Positions 37,061 to 51,182 are shown, counted from the stretch's first letter. The stretch: 64,000 bases of DNA from Hydrolagus affinis (GCA_012026655.1 JAAILG010000211.1:1-64000), one strand, 5' to 3'. Numbers and translations are program-made. The notes: generated from the sequence alone by a model not told the origin.

Positions 37061-38109
37061 ATCAGTAGAGTACTTGATCTGAGCCTGTTCTGTGATGTTT
37101 TTTCACAGATCCCTGCATATGACTCCTATGTCATGTTTTCTTTCAGAACAGTGGGCACAAGCATAGCTCTCTTTGTAGTCTGTTGCGTAGTCACCATGCT
37201 TTTGATCCTGTTCTGCATTTTAACAATCAATAATTACTTGATTTCAAAGCATTTTTTGGTCTTTCATCATATGTGACCCCTAATTTGTGCATTCATAGTC
37301 AGTTGCACGTTGCACCTCACTTGTTCGATCATTACCTTGATGAAATAAATGCAGAATGCTGTTGCTTTTTTTTTCCCCAGATGAAAGCCATGTGCTACTT
37401 TATAGACATGACTCATCTGGTATAAGAGAATTGGTAGGGTTTGGCAACAAATAAAACAATAACAATTTATTAAAATGCAGTAACACTGGAAATAATTAGT
37501 TGGAAACCAAATGTTTGAAAGAAACATGTTTTTGAAGGACCATTCTTTATGATGAAGTGTTTATCAGAAAAAAATTTCGCCGGTGGGTGGGGGTGGGCAG
37601 GAGAAAAAGAGCCCTGACTCATTTCATACTCCAATGATGCTTGCGTTTGATGGGATTTGCATTATTTTGTGTCACGTGTCTGCAGAACAAATGAATGAAG
37701 GTTTTGCCAAAGCGTTTTACCATGCAGATAATGCTGCTTTAATCTCCCTTTACCTCTTGAAAATGACGCAACCATTGCAAGATGAACACAGAAGGTATTT
37801 GGGTAATAAAACACGTTTGCTAAAGCAAACTATCAGAAACATTAAGAGTCTATCACACCATGATAGATAAAACAAAATTGCTAACTAATCCTTTAAAGCC
37901 ATTTCAGTTTTCCCATCAGATGCAACCACCTGTTTTGACAAATAGGATGAATGGCTGGTAAATAAAAGCAAGGGTTTAATCTCAAAAAGTAGTGTATTAG
38001 CTGAATTTTCTGGAAAGAGAGAAATTACATCACCCCCACCAACAAACGAAAAGCATTCACCATTCTGATTTCAGTTAGATTCAACATTACACTTCAAACA
38101 TTCTTGTGT

Positions 38110-38700
38110 CAGAGTTTTGGTGCAGTCAGTCAGTACATTACCGTTTCACTTCTAGATCTGGATTTGTATTAATAGGTTGAGGTTTCCTTGCTCTACTGGT
38201 TGTAAGTGATCTGTGTGAAATGATTCCAGACAGTTTCACCTCAGCATAAAATTGGCTGTCAATTGACAGTTTTAATCAGCCATCAGCCACATGGGATGAA
38301 TGGTGCATGAAATGAAAAATCTACTGTGTTGGATTAGGAGATGGTGTTTTAAGGACACATGTGGGGCATAAACACTGGCACAGATTAGTTGAACCAAGTG
38401 GCCTATTTCTGTGCTGCGTGTACTTTGTGCTCACAAAACATATACTCCACTCTACAGTATATCTTGTGAAATGGTTTTGGACATCCTCCTGATGTCTAAG
38501 GCACTATACTAAACGGCAAAATTATTATCCTTGATGGCACTTCATTGAAACAGAGTAAAAAGAACTTTCCTTTTCACCTGGTTCTGCTATGACTGACTTG
38601 GGAAGATTTGATGTTGGCACTGAGTCCCCAACAAGGGTGCAGAAGATATTTGTTTCTAATGAGCTCTGTAATTGGGCACTAATATTTCCATATTCCTAAA
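38110..38700 (+). mobile_element. Very old LF-SINE-like element, interrupted by a CR1 tail (about 38362-38425) and a SINE tail (about 38450-38530)
   Basis: ccgtttcacttctaga, tgtgaaatga and aaaattggc..caattg motifs resemble the recalled LF-SINE consensus; the nested tails match other copies in this window. Confidence 0.4.
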
Positions 38701-38702
38701 AG

Positions 38703-39070
38703 TAATTATAATCCTTGCATTTGACATGGTATCCTCCACACAGGAGGACATCTCAAAGTGCTTCACAGTATTTACTGTAAAGTGTAGTCTTTTGTAGACA
38801 AATTCAACACAACTACATCAACCACTTTGATTTATATAGCGCCCTCCACACCGGACGGCATCTCAGAGCACTTCGCAACAACGGATCCTTGGCCCGAGCC
38901 AGGGGCAGGGATAGAAAGGTGACCAAAGGCACGGTCGAAGAGAAAGGTCTTCAGGTGGGACCTGAAACTGGGAAGAGAGGGGGTGAGGCAAAGGGAGTGA
39001 GGAAGGGAGTTCAGCAACCAATTTGCACACAGCAATGTCTCGCTAATAGCCACAAAGTGAATGAACGATT
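38703..39070 (-). mobile_element. Intermediate-age Deu SINE 3' part, split by an L2 insertion
   Basis: ccttgcatttgac...ggaggacatctcaaagtgcttcacag before the L2; caaccaatttgcacacagc resumes at about 39015. Confidence 0.65.
38806..39012 (-). mobile_element. L2 family B 3' end
   Basis: Minus-strand peptide NSLPHSLCLTPSLPSFRSHLKTFLFDRAF...GVEGAI*, nearly identical to 25150-25349. Confidence 0.92.
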
Positions 39071-40705
39071 CTATCCAGAGCATTGTTGTACTGCAAAGTG
39101 TAGTGACTGTATTTTGTAGGTGGCTGTTGTAGCACTTTCACAATTACTGCCCTTTGATATTGCTATTATTTTTTGGCACACTCCTGCATAATTTTCAAAT
39201 TACTTAAATGTAGATGTATTAAAGAGCTATGAACAAACAGAAAATATAACCCCCCTCTTTCTCTCACATAGTTTAATTATTAATAAGGGGAATTGCATCA
39301 TTCATTCTTTATATTTTTGCTTCAAAGAGAATTTTCAATGCTCTTGCGGTTATTCATTCAGGTGCTTAAGTGTGCATCTCATTAATATTTAGTTAATATC
39401 AAAGTGGACCAGACCAGACCTTTTGAAGATATTTAAGGTGCAAAATCCTGCAGTTTTCCAACAGTGATTAATTGTAGTTTAAAGTGATTTTATGTGACAT
39501 AGGCTAATGCCTTACTAGAATATTTGCAAAAAGCAAGCAATTGGTGCATTTTCTATTCTGTAAAGTTTCAAACAGTTTATGCTGAACAACAGAAACAAAA
39601 AAAAGTTGGAAATCCACCGCAGCATCTAAAAGAGAAATATATTGGGCAACACTTCATCAGAAAATCTGACAGCTTTGATCTTGTGGGTTGTACCAGTTTC
39701 AAAACATAAGCAAACGATAAGAAGACCTATCCAAACAACATTGTAGGATGGAAAGGATTTCTGAAACCAGAGAACAAAGTGTGAAACTTCCCATTATACT
39801 TGTTCCATCGCAAAACACTGATGTTTTGAAGGGTGCAATGCTTTGGTAGTTCATAGTCCTAAAGATCATTGTGTGCAATGTTCTTCATTTAAATGATTTC
39901 CTAATCATTTAAAAATAAACAAATGTGTAGAGGCTGTATTTCCTAATCATTATTATTAATATTGGACTGGGAGGTAATATTTATTGATCTGTTCCCATGT
40001 CATTCTTTTTGTGTGAAGAGTGTTAATACATGTGTGTTGAAAGTTGAAATAGACACTAAATGTAGTGTACCAAATTTCAACATACTGTATTATGAATGCC
40101 ATTTCTGCTGTTGAACCATACAACACAGTCATGCTTTGTTCTACATTTTGTGGAAGATTTTGTGCTGGTGATAAATTGCACAGTATCAGTAACTCATACA
40201 AGTTCATTTACATCCGTGTCCTGTCATACAGGGCATTTGGGATCAAGATACCTCAAGGAATAATGATTATATTTGGAATCTGTAAATTAAATAATTGTTA
40301 TTCTTAATCAATACATTTGTATTTTAAATTATGTAGAACATGAATTAATCATGACTAAACCAAGGGGTCATCTTGAAGTTCAAAGAATTTTGCAGAAGTG
40401 ACTGAATATACAATTTGTGCCCCACTATGTAAAGTTAAACCCATTATGCCAGCAGTTTAGTCAGGAATCAGAGCTCCTCTGACCCATACAATCTGTTCTT
40501 TTACATTCGCATGCTTAGTGCTCACATGTGAAAATGATTTATGAGAACAGTTAGTGTCCCAATGTGTCCATATTGAAATATAAATTGAATAAAAGTTTGG
40601 AGTAGAGAGATAAAAATGCAACTAATTTACACATTTAAACTCTTCAAAGAGTACAGCAAGACTACTTATTTCCAATATAAAACTTTTAGTACTAATAATA
40701 CTTGA

Positions 40706-40993
<288 letters not shown>

Positions 40994-41477
40994 TAATCAG
41001 TTGGTCGTCGTTGAAGCAATATTAATACATTTGAGTAGATGCTAAGATTGCTTAGCGTTTTTCATATTTGTACATTCAACACCAAATATATATTTTGACA
41101 ATTGCCTTTGATTTTCGTTCCCCAAAATGAAGCAAATAGGTCAGTGTTATGAACAAACAATTGCACTTCAAATCCTATCAGGAATATTCTCGACTTTGGA
41201 GGTCAAAGCAGAAACTGCTTGATGCTATATCATTATCAGGCATCTAATATGTTTAATGGTGATTACACCGAATGATTTGTATCTGTTTTCAATAAATAAG
41301 ACTCAATAAAGTAAGATTAGATATTCATTATCAAAAACATGATTGTTTTTTAATAATTCTTTGTTTGAAATGCATATCTGAATAGAATAATACAACCTTC
41401 AGGATATGTTCAGTGATGGTTAATGCCTTATTTCCATAAGTAGCTTCTGCTGGAGTCTGACATTCAACTTGCTTTGA

Positions 41478-41549
41478 ATTCAGCGCCTTGGGACGTCCTC
41501 CCGACGTGAAAGGCGCTCTATAAATGTAATTTGTTGTTGTTTGTTGTTG
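41478..41549 (+). mobile_element. Isolated L2 family A tail with CpGs intact (young)
   Basis: ttcagcgccttgggacgtcctcccgacgtgaaaggcgctctataaatgtaatttgttgttg. Confidence 0.9.
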
Positions 41550-44500
41550 CTTATCAATATGTGGTATGAATTTCATCAGTTCCAGTCAGACCACTGCTGT
41601 GTTGTCAGCCTTATCTGACATTCTGCTGCCAAAATGTACAAGTCACAATACGTCTGTGATTCGCTTCCCTACACTTTGGACAAGAACATTAGAAAGAAGC
41701 CACAGTCAGGAGTGTGTGTAACTCCTGTTGTTTTCCATACTGTGGTTGGGATCTTAATTATATGAATCGTGTCTGTTACTGACATATTCAAAGAGCACAG
41801 CCTGCATTCAGGAACCTCCAACATTCCATCAGTTTCCAACGGCGTAGGTTTCAGTTATTAAGTCCCTGATCCCTACAATGAAGTACACAGCAATGTTGTA
41901 AAACTATTCCAAACTTGATGAACACGTACATTTCGAAGGACTGCAGTGTTTTTCCTTTCCCATCAGATTGAAACATAGATGAAAACACTTGAGGGATCAA
42001 AACAAATGACTTTTCTCTGTTGATTTTCAGTTGCCCTCTACCGAGAACCATCACTTCATGAGCTTGCAGAAGTACTGTCGAGGTCTGGAACCCCCACAAA
42101 AAGCAGAAGTGCTTCTGCAGTTCTAAATGGGGGGAAAACGGTGAGTCAGACTGAATCAACGTAGCCACATCAAAGCACATTCTGTGTCAAGAAACATCAC
42201 ATACGGATGCTGTTGACTTATTACTAGCAGACACTCTCCTTCTGTTGTAAAATGATTCAGGAAAACCACTGAACTGCATAGGTCATCCTCGTAACAATCA
42301 GCCTTTAGGTCTTCTGATTGTCAGTGGATAAATCCCAATAATGTAGCTGAGAAAACGCTTGTGCATCTCACCTGGATAGCCAAATGAACCTCATTCTGCA
42401 ATGTGGTACTGGAGAAGAAATGCCCTTTGTTCTGTCACCTAATGTTATATGGAAAAATAAATCAATCTCACAGCTTTACCGCCAGCTGAAAACAAGTCAT
42501 GTTTCAATAATGAACAAAACACAAGACCACATTTCCTCTTTATAGGAGAAATGCTGGTACCTTTGGGTTTTACTAAAGGGGTCAAGAACACGTAAAATAA
42601 TTCTGTTTTGTCCTTGGCTCACTGCTGTGCAATCCCAGCAGACACACATTCTTTGTTTCCTTTAATCTCAAATGATAGTGTTTGCTGTACTCTAGTTCTA
42701 CACAGATTTTGTACTCCAGTGGGCCTTTAAAGATTCGTGGATAGGAATCTCTTTAAAAATAATCAGGGTTGCTAAAGAACTACTAGGAAATGAGTTGGTG
42801 TCTCAGGCTAAGTATGTAGTGCTAAAATATGTCATTTTAAACAATTTGAGGAAAGGGTTTATAGATTTGTAGTAATTGTCTTGCCCCTATTAACACTGTA
42901 CCATTGGTTCACAATTTCACCCTTGTGGTTCTCTCTATTCACTTTTGTGCATTGCACATTGACTCTATTGTGGTGATTTTTATTCTTAAAGAAACTGTGG
43001 AATCGCGGGTGACTTCATTTTTATAATGAGAAAATAAAAGTCTTATTTGTAATGGTAAACCAGTCATTCTTTTCTTGTACTGGGCTCGTGAAAGTCATTT
43101 GTGTATGAAGTTCCCTTTCATCAATTCAGCCTAAATGATTCATTCTAGTGCATACAACAGGGAGATTATTGTTATTTGTAAGTTAGTTTTTTTCATTTAA
43201 ATTATCATATCTGTTGCATGGGAGAAAGCTGGTAATAATGGAATAGAGTTGCATGATCTAGAACATGTGTATTAAACATATTGAACAATGTGCTCCAAAC
43301 TTTACATGGATATAAGTACAAGCAGTTTTCCTGTTTTGTACTGTTCGGTTTATTATTTGTTGTATACACCAACAGATGCACTGAATAAAATATTTATATG
43401 AAGGTACGCTTTTAAAGAGTGTGTTCATTTGTCTGTGTTTAAATGTCATGACTACAGTGAGTGTGTTTTTACAACCCCCCCCATATGCTGTGTCATGGGG
43501 AAAGACAATGAAATAAAGCTCTATATAATGCTAGTACATTATCATAAAGTGAAACAATTTTTCTAATACCTGTTAATTTACATTATAATTTGCATTACAA
43601 TGCAAACAAAATTAGAATCAACTAGCAAATGCTATCATCTTATCATTTATTCCAGAAGACAGTGCAACAGTTGAATATTATTTGACTTCACTATAATCAA
43701 TGCATGGATAAATATGCAAACAAATTACAAATATAACCAAACTATTTCTCTTGAAAATTTAAATGAAGTTCCAATTTTTCTTGTAATATCACATTCCTTA
43801 TCAAATAAAGTTTAGAAATGACAGCCTATAATATAATCCTGAAAAGCAGAATATGGTATTTGTGAATAACAAAATTAGATTTGTAAAGCCCCTTTCATGT
43901 TGGGACAACAAACAAAATCAAGCCATTTGCTTTTATTCAAACTTGCCAATGAAATGATCCGTATTTCAAAAAGCGTTCAAAGGCCCAGATGTTCTGAACT
44001 TAGAGATTTTGTACAGCTTTAAAGTCCTTTAGAACTTTAATTGCTGCTTATATTAAACCCTGTAAATTACTAGTGACTGGGTAAGTATAATGTTATAATG
44101 GGCTACTTATGTCTTTCATGGAATGCAAGTATTGGCTTGTAGTAAGTAACGGTGTAGAATCACAGGTAGGACATTTACACACCTAAGAATTAACATTTGC
44201 TGATTGTTGCAAAAGAGAAGCATCTATAAAATATAATAGCAGCAAATAAGTATTTGAAACTTGAACCCAAAGGACACCATTATTGTTTTCTTTGAGGGGA
44301 GGGAGAGCATATCATGCCTGTCAGTGATACATAATAAAACTTTTTTTTCATTTTTGTCATCCAATATCAGGATCAAACATTCCCTGAACAGTTATAGCTT
44401 GGTCAGATGCAGACTAAAGCTCCCTCTACTCTTCCCCCAACAACATGCTTCAGTCCCAACTTCAGAAGCGCATCAACCACTGGATCAGTGTGAATTTTTC

Positions 44501-45771
44501 TTCTTTCCACGCCAGACAGACATCCTTATGATCTTCGTGATCAAGAATACCAATATTTGGTAAATTGTGAGGAGTTTTATAATATCGGTCTTAACAAGGT
44601 ACTGGTTAAGAACTGCCCAAACTAATTTCAAATAGGACACAAAGAGTACAGAGAACTTCAACTCAAAGCCAAGATGTGAAAAAGCAGTACTGTATTGAAC
44701 CCTGCACCTTCAATCGCACAACTATGCTAATTTTCAATATTTATATTTTTTTGCAAATTGCTTGGTACGTAAAATAACATTAAACATGATTAACAAACAG
44801 TAGCTTGAGCAGCACGGAATGGATACATTACATTATGGATATACATCGATATATATATATAAAATATATGGTGATTATGTATTAGATACAGTTTGCTAGG
44901 CATCACAGAACTCATTACACACACAGAAGTTGGTTTTAGAAATGCTCAAAGTTGAGCTAAAAAAATCACCACATTCTACTGAGTCACAGGTTTCTGTAAA
45001 TGGCTGACTGTTTGGCTTTAATGGTGCAAATTGAATGGTTAATCCACTCCTGGAATAAATTCACCCAATGCCTATCCTCTTTTTAATCCGCAGTAGTTGT
45101 AACAGCCATGGATTCCACGTGTTCTATCAAGCAAATAAAAATGGTCATATTTCTCATTATTTTTACTTTTATCTACTCTCTGCCTTTAACATGCTTTTAT
45201 CTTTCACTTTTTTCTCCGCGACCTCTATTCAAATATTACTCTTTCTAGTTTAACCTACCCTCCCTATATTACACGCAATCAATTCCTTCCTGTCTTTTGT
45301 CTAAATTGACTAATTATCAAAAAAAACTAACCCTCACATTGAGATTAAGGCACCAATAATTCACTGAGCGTATCCGCATTTCTGTTCTCCCAGTTTATAA
45401 TACCAGCTGTTCCGACCCAGAAATTTCCTCAATTAATTGCCGAGGCTACAGATAACCTTTACAATGCTAGAGCATGCAGAACAAAACAGCAGCAGCAATT
45501 AAATATCATCATTTTTCAAAGTAGAGAAAAGGCAGTTGTAATTTACTAGGCACTCTTTTTCAGATTTGTTGAAGGGTCTAGAATGAGGGGTACTGTCTGA
45601 GGCAATACGGCAGCAGATAGTTGCTACATATGCATGTAGGCACATTACATAAAACAATATTGTATTATCTGCCTTAAAATAAGATGATTCATTGTCCGAG
45701 TTAAGGTTTGATTTTATTACTTTATTTTCTGAGAATATTTAGGTAAGTTTTTTCTCATTCATCATTGATAT

Positions 45772-46078
45772 TAATAATAATAATACTTGCATTTGACATA
45801 GCGCTTTTCACGTCTTCTAAACATTTCAAAGTGCTTCACAGAATATACTATAAAGTGAATTGACTAAATTTGTGGATGAAACACGGCAGCCAATTGCACA
45901 CAGCAGTGTCCCACAAACAGTAGTGGATTGAGATGACCAATTATTAATTTTTTCAGAGGGATTATTATTAGGTGTGTGGAGAAAGGAAACTTGCCCAAGG
46001 TTTCGCCCTGACCTGCCTGGATGCAAAAACAGCTCTCACACTTGTAAGGCTGGTGCTCTAACCACAGAGCTACAGGAT
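45772..46078 (-). mobile_element. Full-length tRNA-derived SINE (young family)
   Basis: Reverse complement of the 9173 family from (AAT)n to gtgctctaaccacagagctacagga. Confidence 0.92.
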
Positions 46079-46409
46079 TTATATGCTTTGTTCTTTATCT
46101 ATTTTGCCTGATGACTGGAGCTCAGGGAGTAGAGTAGAAAAAAATAAATAGTTGATGATTGGGAGCACCAAGTAACCTTTGCACCAAGCTCTCCACTTAG
46201 GTTCAGCACCTCCAATATGCATGCCCGAAGTATCTTTCTTTCCTCATTATCATGTTTAATGTTGGTTACATGTGATGATATTTGTTTTCCTGATAGTTTT
46301 AGGAGGTATTAATGTCATCTTAAGTTACATAATGAAAGTGGGAGTGAATTCTATTCAATGGTTTCTGTTTGATTTACTTCCAGGGTGAGAATTAAATTAA
46401 TGTTAGTTC

Positions 46410-46530
46410 TGTAGTTTCACCCACAAACTACACAGTTAATTCACTTTATAGTATATTCCGTGAAGTGCTTTGACACGTCTCGAAGACATGATAAGGTTCT
46501 ACATCAAATGCAAGGATTAATATCATCATC
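46410..46530 (+). mobile_element. tRNA-derived SINE, 3' part
   Basis: aattcactttatagtatattccgtgaagtgctttgacacgtctcgaagacatg. Confidence 0.83.
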
Positions 46531-47694
46531 ACTTGGTAATCATTATGCCCAGATTTTTGAATCTATGTTGAGGTGAAAATAGGAGCAATTTCACATTAGC
46601 TTGTATTTAGAGTTATTTAAATGGTTAAAAAAAAGTCTATTCATTAATTAAATTTCAAACTCACTACAATTGCAGGTTTGTGTGATATAAATTTATATCA
46701 TAGCCACGCTCCTTCAATGCTAATATTACTATGGATAGTGAGTAATAAGGAAAATGATTTTTACAAAGGGCAAATGAGCCTTGGTAGTGAAAAAAATACA
46801 GATGCTATTGTATGGCCTGCAGTCGATTTAACTCTGGATTGCTACTAGGGTTTACTCTATTAAGTAAGCATCTCATCAAACAATTCATATAATCTGCTTA
46901 ATATTTGTTCAGCATTAACACCATTGGCAATTACTGAAATATCTTAATCCCTCCATAGGTAAGACACATGTTACTGTTCTTTTCAATTTATAAACTCAGC
47001 ATGGATAGAATTAATAAATCATTGGCCCTTATTTAATTTGTGTTTTGCAATCGCTAATAAGGAAGATGGGCTTGAAACTCCCACAGTTCTGAATTGTTCT
47101 ACTTCTGATTTGAGACAGTTAGAATGATCTCTTCAATTAACTGATATTTCCACTACTGTGTTTGTTTCAAAACACAGGTCTGATCTTGTGTGTGGGGTGC
47201 AAGCACCAGGTAACATAATGCTTGACCTATGAATTAGCAGAAATATGTTTGATGCATTTAAAAACTAAACTTGCTGATTCTTTCTGCTTGGTATCCTGGC
47301 AAGAAGCAATATGTCCAGAATCACTGCAAGGATTGCAAGATGTCGTCAAAAGAAATAGAATAACCATTTATCCTCTTTGATATGTCACAGTCTGCTTTGG
47401 GGTGACTAAGTATAATCTCCTCAAAGCAATGTCAATTCATCTTAAATTTTTCAGATTGATTCAATAATGAGAAATCAATCTAAAAATAAGCTAGAAACAC
47501 AGCTAGATATAATGCAAGAAGCATGAGCTTACTTACATCATAGAATCTTGAAAGTTTTGCCAAATCAAGATGAAAAACAGAAAGTAGCAAGTCCAAATTA
47601 TTTGATCCATATGCCAAGTCCAGAATATAAAAATTGTCAGAATTGAGGAATTCTCCCTTTATAGTCTATACTTTTTTTTAATCAATTATTTGAA

Positions 47695-47889
47695 TCATGG
47701 AACTTCCTCCCTCAACTGCTTCGCCTCACCCCTTCCTTCCCCATCTTCAGGTCACACCTGAAGACCTTTCTCTTCGATCGCACGTATGGTCACCTTCCCT
47801 GTGGCTCGGCCTCGGGCTCCAAAATTGTTAAGAGCTCTGAGACACCACCCGCCGAGGTGGGCGCTATATAAATGCAAGTTGTTGTTGTT
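47695..47889 (+). mobile_element. L2 family B 3' end (diverged subfamily)
   Basis: WNFLPQLLRLTPSFPIFRSHLKTFLFDR...EVGAI* followed by (TTG)n. Confidence 0.88.
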
Positions 47890-50261
47890 ATTTATTTGAT
47901 TCTTCTAGCTAAGAAATAAAGTATATTGTGATTTGACATATTGACACTTTGAAACAGATGATCAGCACATTTGATAAATGTATATGCTCGCCATTGCATT
48001 GCAGGCTTAAAGATACATATGTAGAACAGTATAAAAAAAACTTTATAAAATATATACTTGAAATATGTCAACCAGACAACTTCATTTCAAATAGAGTCAT
48101 CAATCAAAGCTACAACACAAATACAACCTAATGGTATCAGATGCAACCTAAAGGCACTGCCTTACTGGAGCAGAAAAAGAATCACATAGTTGTCAAATTG
48201 TATTGAATGTTTTTGGTTCTTTCTGATGGTCATTAGCTGTTGGAGGTTTATATACTGTATTTCACAGAGCTTTTGTGATGGATACTCTCAGAGCAGACCT
48301 CTTTCAGATACAATCTGTGATCCCTTTGTCGTTTGCAGCACAAATGTGCCAAATGCAGTGAGAGTATAAATTCAGCCAGAGGCATTGACACTACCTCATT
48401 AATCATCTGCTTGAGCACCGTTGGGGATGTCACACTTTTTCTCTAAAAGGTAGATGGTCAGAGTGATTTTCCCAAATCTCAGCCACATCAGCACCCATCT
48501 ATTGGATGCTATTGAGAACTTCTTGACATCTTCTACAGGAGTAAGAATAACGATGGCTTTTCGTGAGGTTAGAGAAACAAGTCCACATTTCTGTTTAAAA
48601 CTGCTGAATTTAGTCTAGCATTTTTGAAAGTTTCAGATGAATTAATTGGATGTATTTTTCATTTGATATCTCATCCAAATTCTTTCGATTTCCCGTTCTC
48701 TGTGTTCAGAGAGCTTAAGTTATACTACGTTTTAATAAGCTAGGTCAGTGTCAAATCAATGTTGAAATCATCTCTGTAAATCATTGTATTTTCATGTTAA
48801 GGAAAAAAAATCTTGAGTAAAATATATTTTTTCTCCTTTCCTCTGTCTTTATTGTTTTTTTTCCTTATTGATGTCTACCAGTTACATTTTTTTTTAGAAA
48901 TCTTCTATTATCTTTCCTAATTTCATAATTCATTTTTTTTCCATTTGATACCTCCTTTAACGTTTTTATTTAATTTTTTTAAGCAAACTAACAGACAACA
49001 GTCAGTCAATGAAACCACTGACAGCTCAAAAGGCAAAATGAAATACAGAATGTGTATCACATCGCTCATAACTGAACAATCTTTGCTTAATTGTAACTGA
49101 TTTTAGCACAATGTATGGTAAACACCCAAAGTACTGGGTGGGATGAGAGATGTCAGAATGGTTGGAATCCACAAACGTGTGTGAGAAAAACAAGGAGAGT
49201 TGCTGTCATTAAATGGCACAGGAAAGTAAGGCAAATCTGCAATTCTTAGCAGAAGAGTGAGGATACACTAGAGAAAGTGGAAACAAGGGCTGGAACATTA
49301 CAACAGGAAAGTCGAGAATATTTTCCACATGAGTTGGTATGTCACAGCAGCGAGATTGGTGGGGGAAGATGTTGACATATAGTGGAGAGAATTGAGAAAG
49401 ATGTTAATTAAAGCAGAGGCGTAGAGGAAAATGTTGGCATACATAATGATTTTTTGAAGGGTTGCTGACTTACTACAGAAAAAAAGATTAGAAGGAGTTA
49501 GTGAGAAATCATAAGCACAGAAAGCAAGCAAGATGCAGAGAAAAAAATCATTGTACTTGATGCTGGAGGAATTTATTAAGATATCAGAACAGATAATTTG
49601 GGGTGAAGTGCTGGTATATTATCATGGAAAGGGAGCGCGATTCAGTAGAGAAAGTGGGAAACATTGGAATTGTCCCATTAGGGTGCTTGCTCAAGAAATA
49701 TAGGGGAGAGTGAAGCCAGCACATCATGACAGAAAGAGGCAAGATAATTTTCCTTTGGTGATGAGAAAGAAGAGAGATGTACAGCATGAAGACGGGTAAA
49801 GAAATCGGAACAGGTACACTGAGATGAGTAATACCATTGTTAGATGCAAGACAGACAAAAACTTCACTATGTCTGGAAATGCTAAAAGTATTTTAGAATT
49901 CAGGTCAACTAACCAACAGGCATGTACATGTACATTGCTGCTGCTTTTCTGAATCATCGCTGATGTAGCTGTTCCGACCACCAATGCAGTACTGTTTTAC
50001 ATATATTCCTTACATTTTTTTTAATGGTAATAATGTAGCTGGCATTGAAACAAAATGGGGAGATGGTTGTTATGATCTTATCATATCTTGAATCATGTTT
50101 CGTTCCCTCCCACAACAAAAAGATTTGCAGAAATAGTCTAACTGGTTTGTTCTGTTTCATCAACTAATGAATTATATATGATTGCGTAGATTCTACTGGT
50201 CAAAATAAATCTTTGTTTTCAAATTGATTCAGAAATCTACTGAAATCAATTTCGGGACAGA

Positions 50262-50455
50262 GAGACAGGAAGATTTATTTACTCAGTGGCCAATTATTGA
50301 CTGGAACAGGGTAGCCAGGAAGGGTGGTTTAGGCCAAAACATTCAATTCATTTAAAAGGCAACTTGATGTTGCGATGGCAACACAGCAGGCTGGATATTC
50401 TGGGGGGATTAGATGAAATGAACCGAAGGGCCTTCTTCATCTGAACCAATCTTGC
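50262..50455 (+). mobile_element. CR1 LINE 3' end
   Basis: gactggaacagggtagccaggaagggtggtttaggc...ccgaagggccttcttcatctg. Confidence 0.72.
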
Positions 50456-50493
50456 AAAATCCAACCACTATAATATTGAGCATTTGCTATGTA

Positions 50494-50706
50494 TTAATAA
50501 TAATAGTAATAATAATAATCCTTGCATTTCATATAGCGCTTTTCACGTCTTCCAGATGTCTCAAAGCGTTTCACAGAATATGCTGTAAAGTGAATGTGTA
50601 TTTGTGGGCGAAACGCGGCAGCCACCTGCGCACAGCAGTGTCCCACAAACAGTCGTCAATTTAAATGACGAATTAGGTTTTTTTTGGAGGAATTATTATT
50701 AGGCGT
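50494..50706 (-). mobile_element. tRNA-derived SINE (young family), head missing
   Basis: atagcgcttttcacgtcttccagatgtctcaaagcg...gcgcacagcagtgtcccacaaac. Confidence 0.9.
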
Positions 50707-51034
50707 TATTGCAGATAAACTGAAAGGCATTCAATATCTGCTAAATGTATTATTCACTTAGATATCAGTGAATTTCCCTCAGGCTTTCTTCAGTAGCTTC
50801 TATTATCATATCTCAGCATCTATCCTTAGATATACGTCAGTTGCATACACAATGATTGGATTCCAATCCAAATGTTTAATTTTTTTTACTTCAATTACTC
50901 TAATTTTTAAAATTGCCATTCCAATGTCTTGTTATGTCCATAAAATTAAGATTGCTAAAGAGCATGCTTCAATGACAGCCAATAGTACTTTACGTTGTTT
51001 GGGCAAGATTAAATCTAATGTATGCACTATCAGT

Positions 51035-51143
51035 TTAGGCCAGAAAATATGCAGTCAATTTATTTTATAGTATATTCTATGAAGTGCTTTGAAACATCTA
51101 GAAGATGCTAAGAGATCTTTATCAAATGTAAGGATTATTATTA
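51035..51143 (+). mobile_element. tRNA-derived SINE, 3' part
   Basis: cagtcaatttattttatagtatattctatgaagtgctttgaaacatctagaagatg. Confidence 0.78.
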
Positions 51144-51182
51144 GTGTTAGGCTAACTAATCAAATCGATAATCTGAAGGTTC

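Noticed and set aside
49300-49900. Purine-rich stretch that may be a very old minus-strand LINE
   Set aside because: No convincing RT motif could be read
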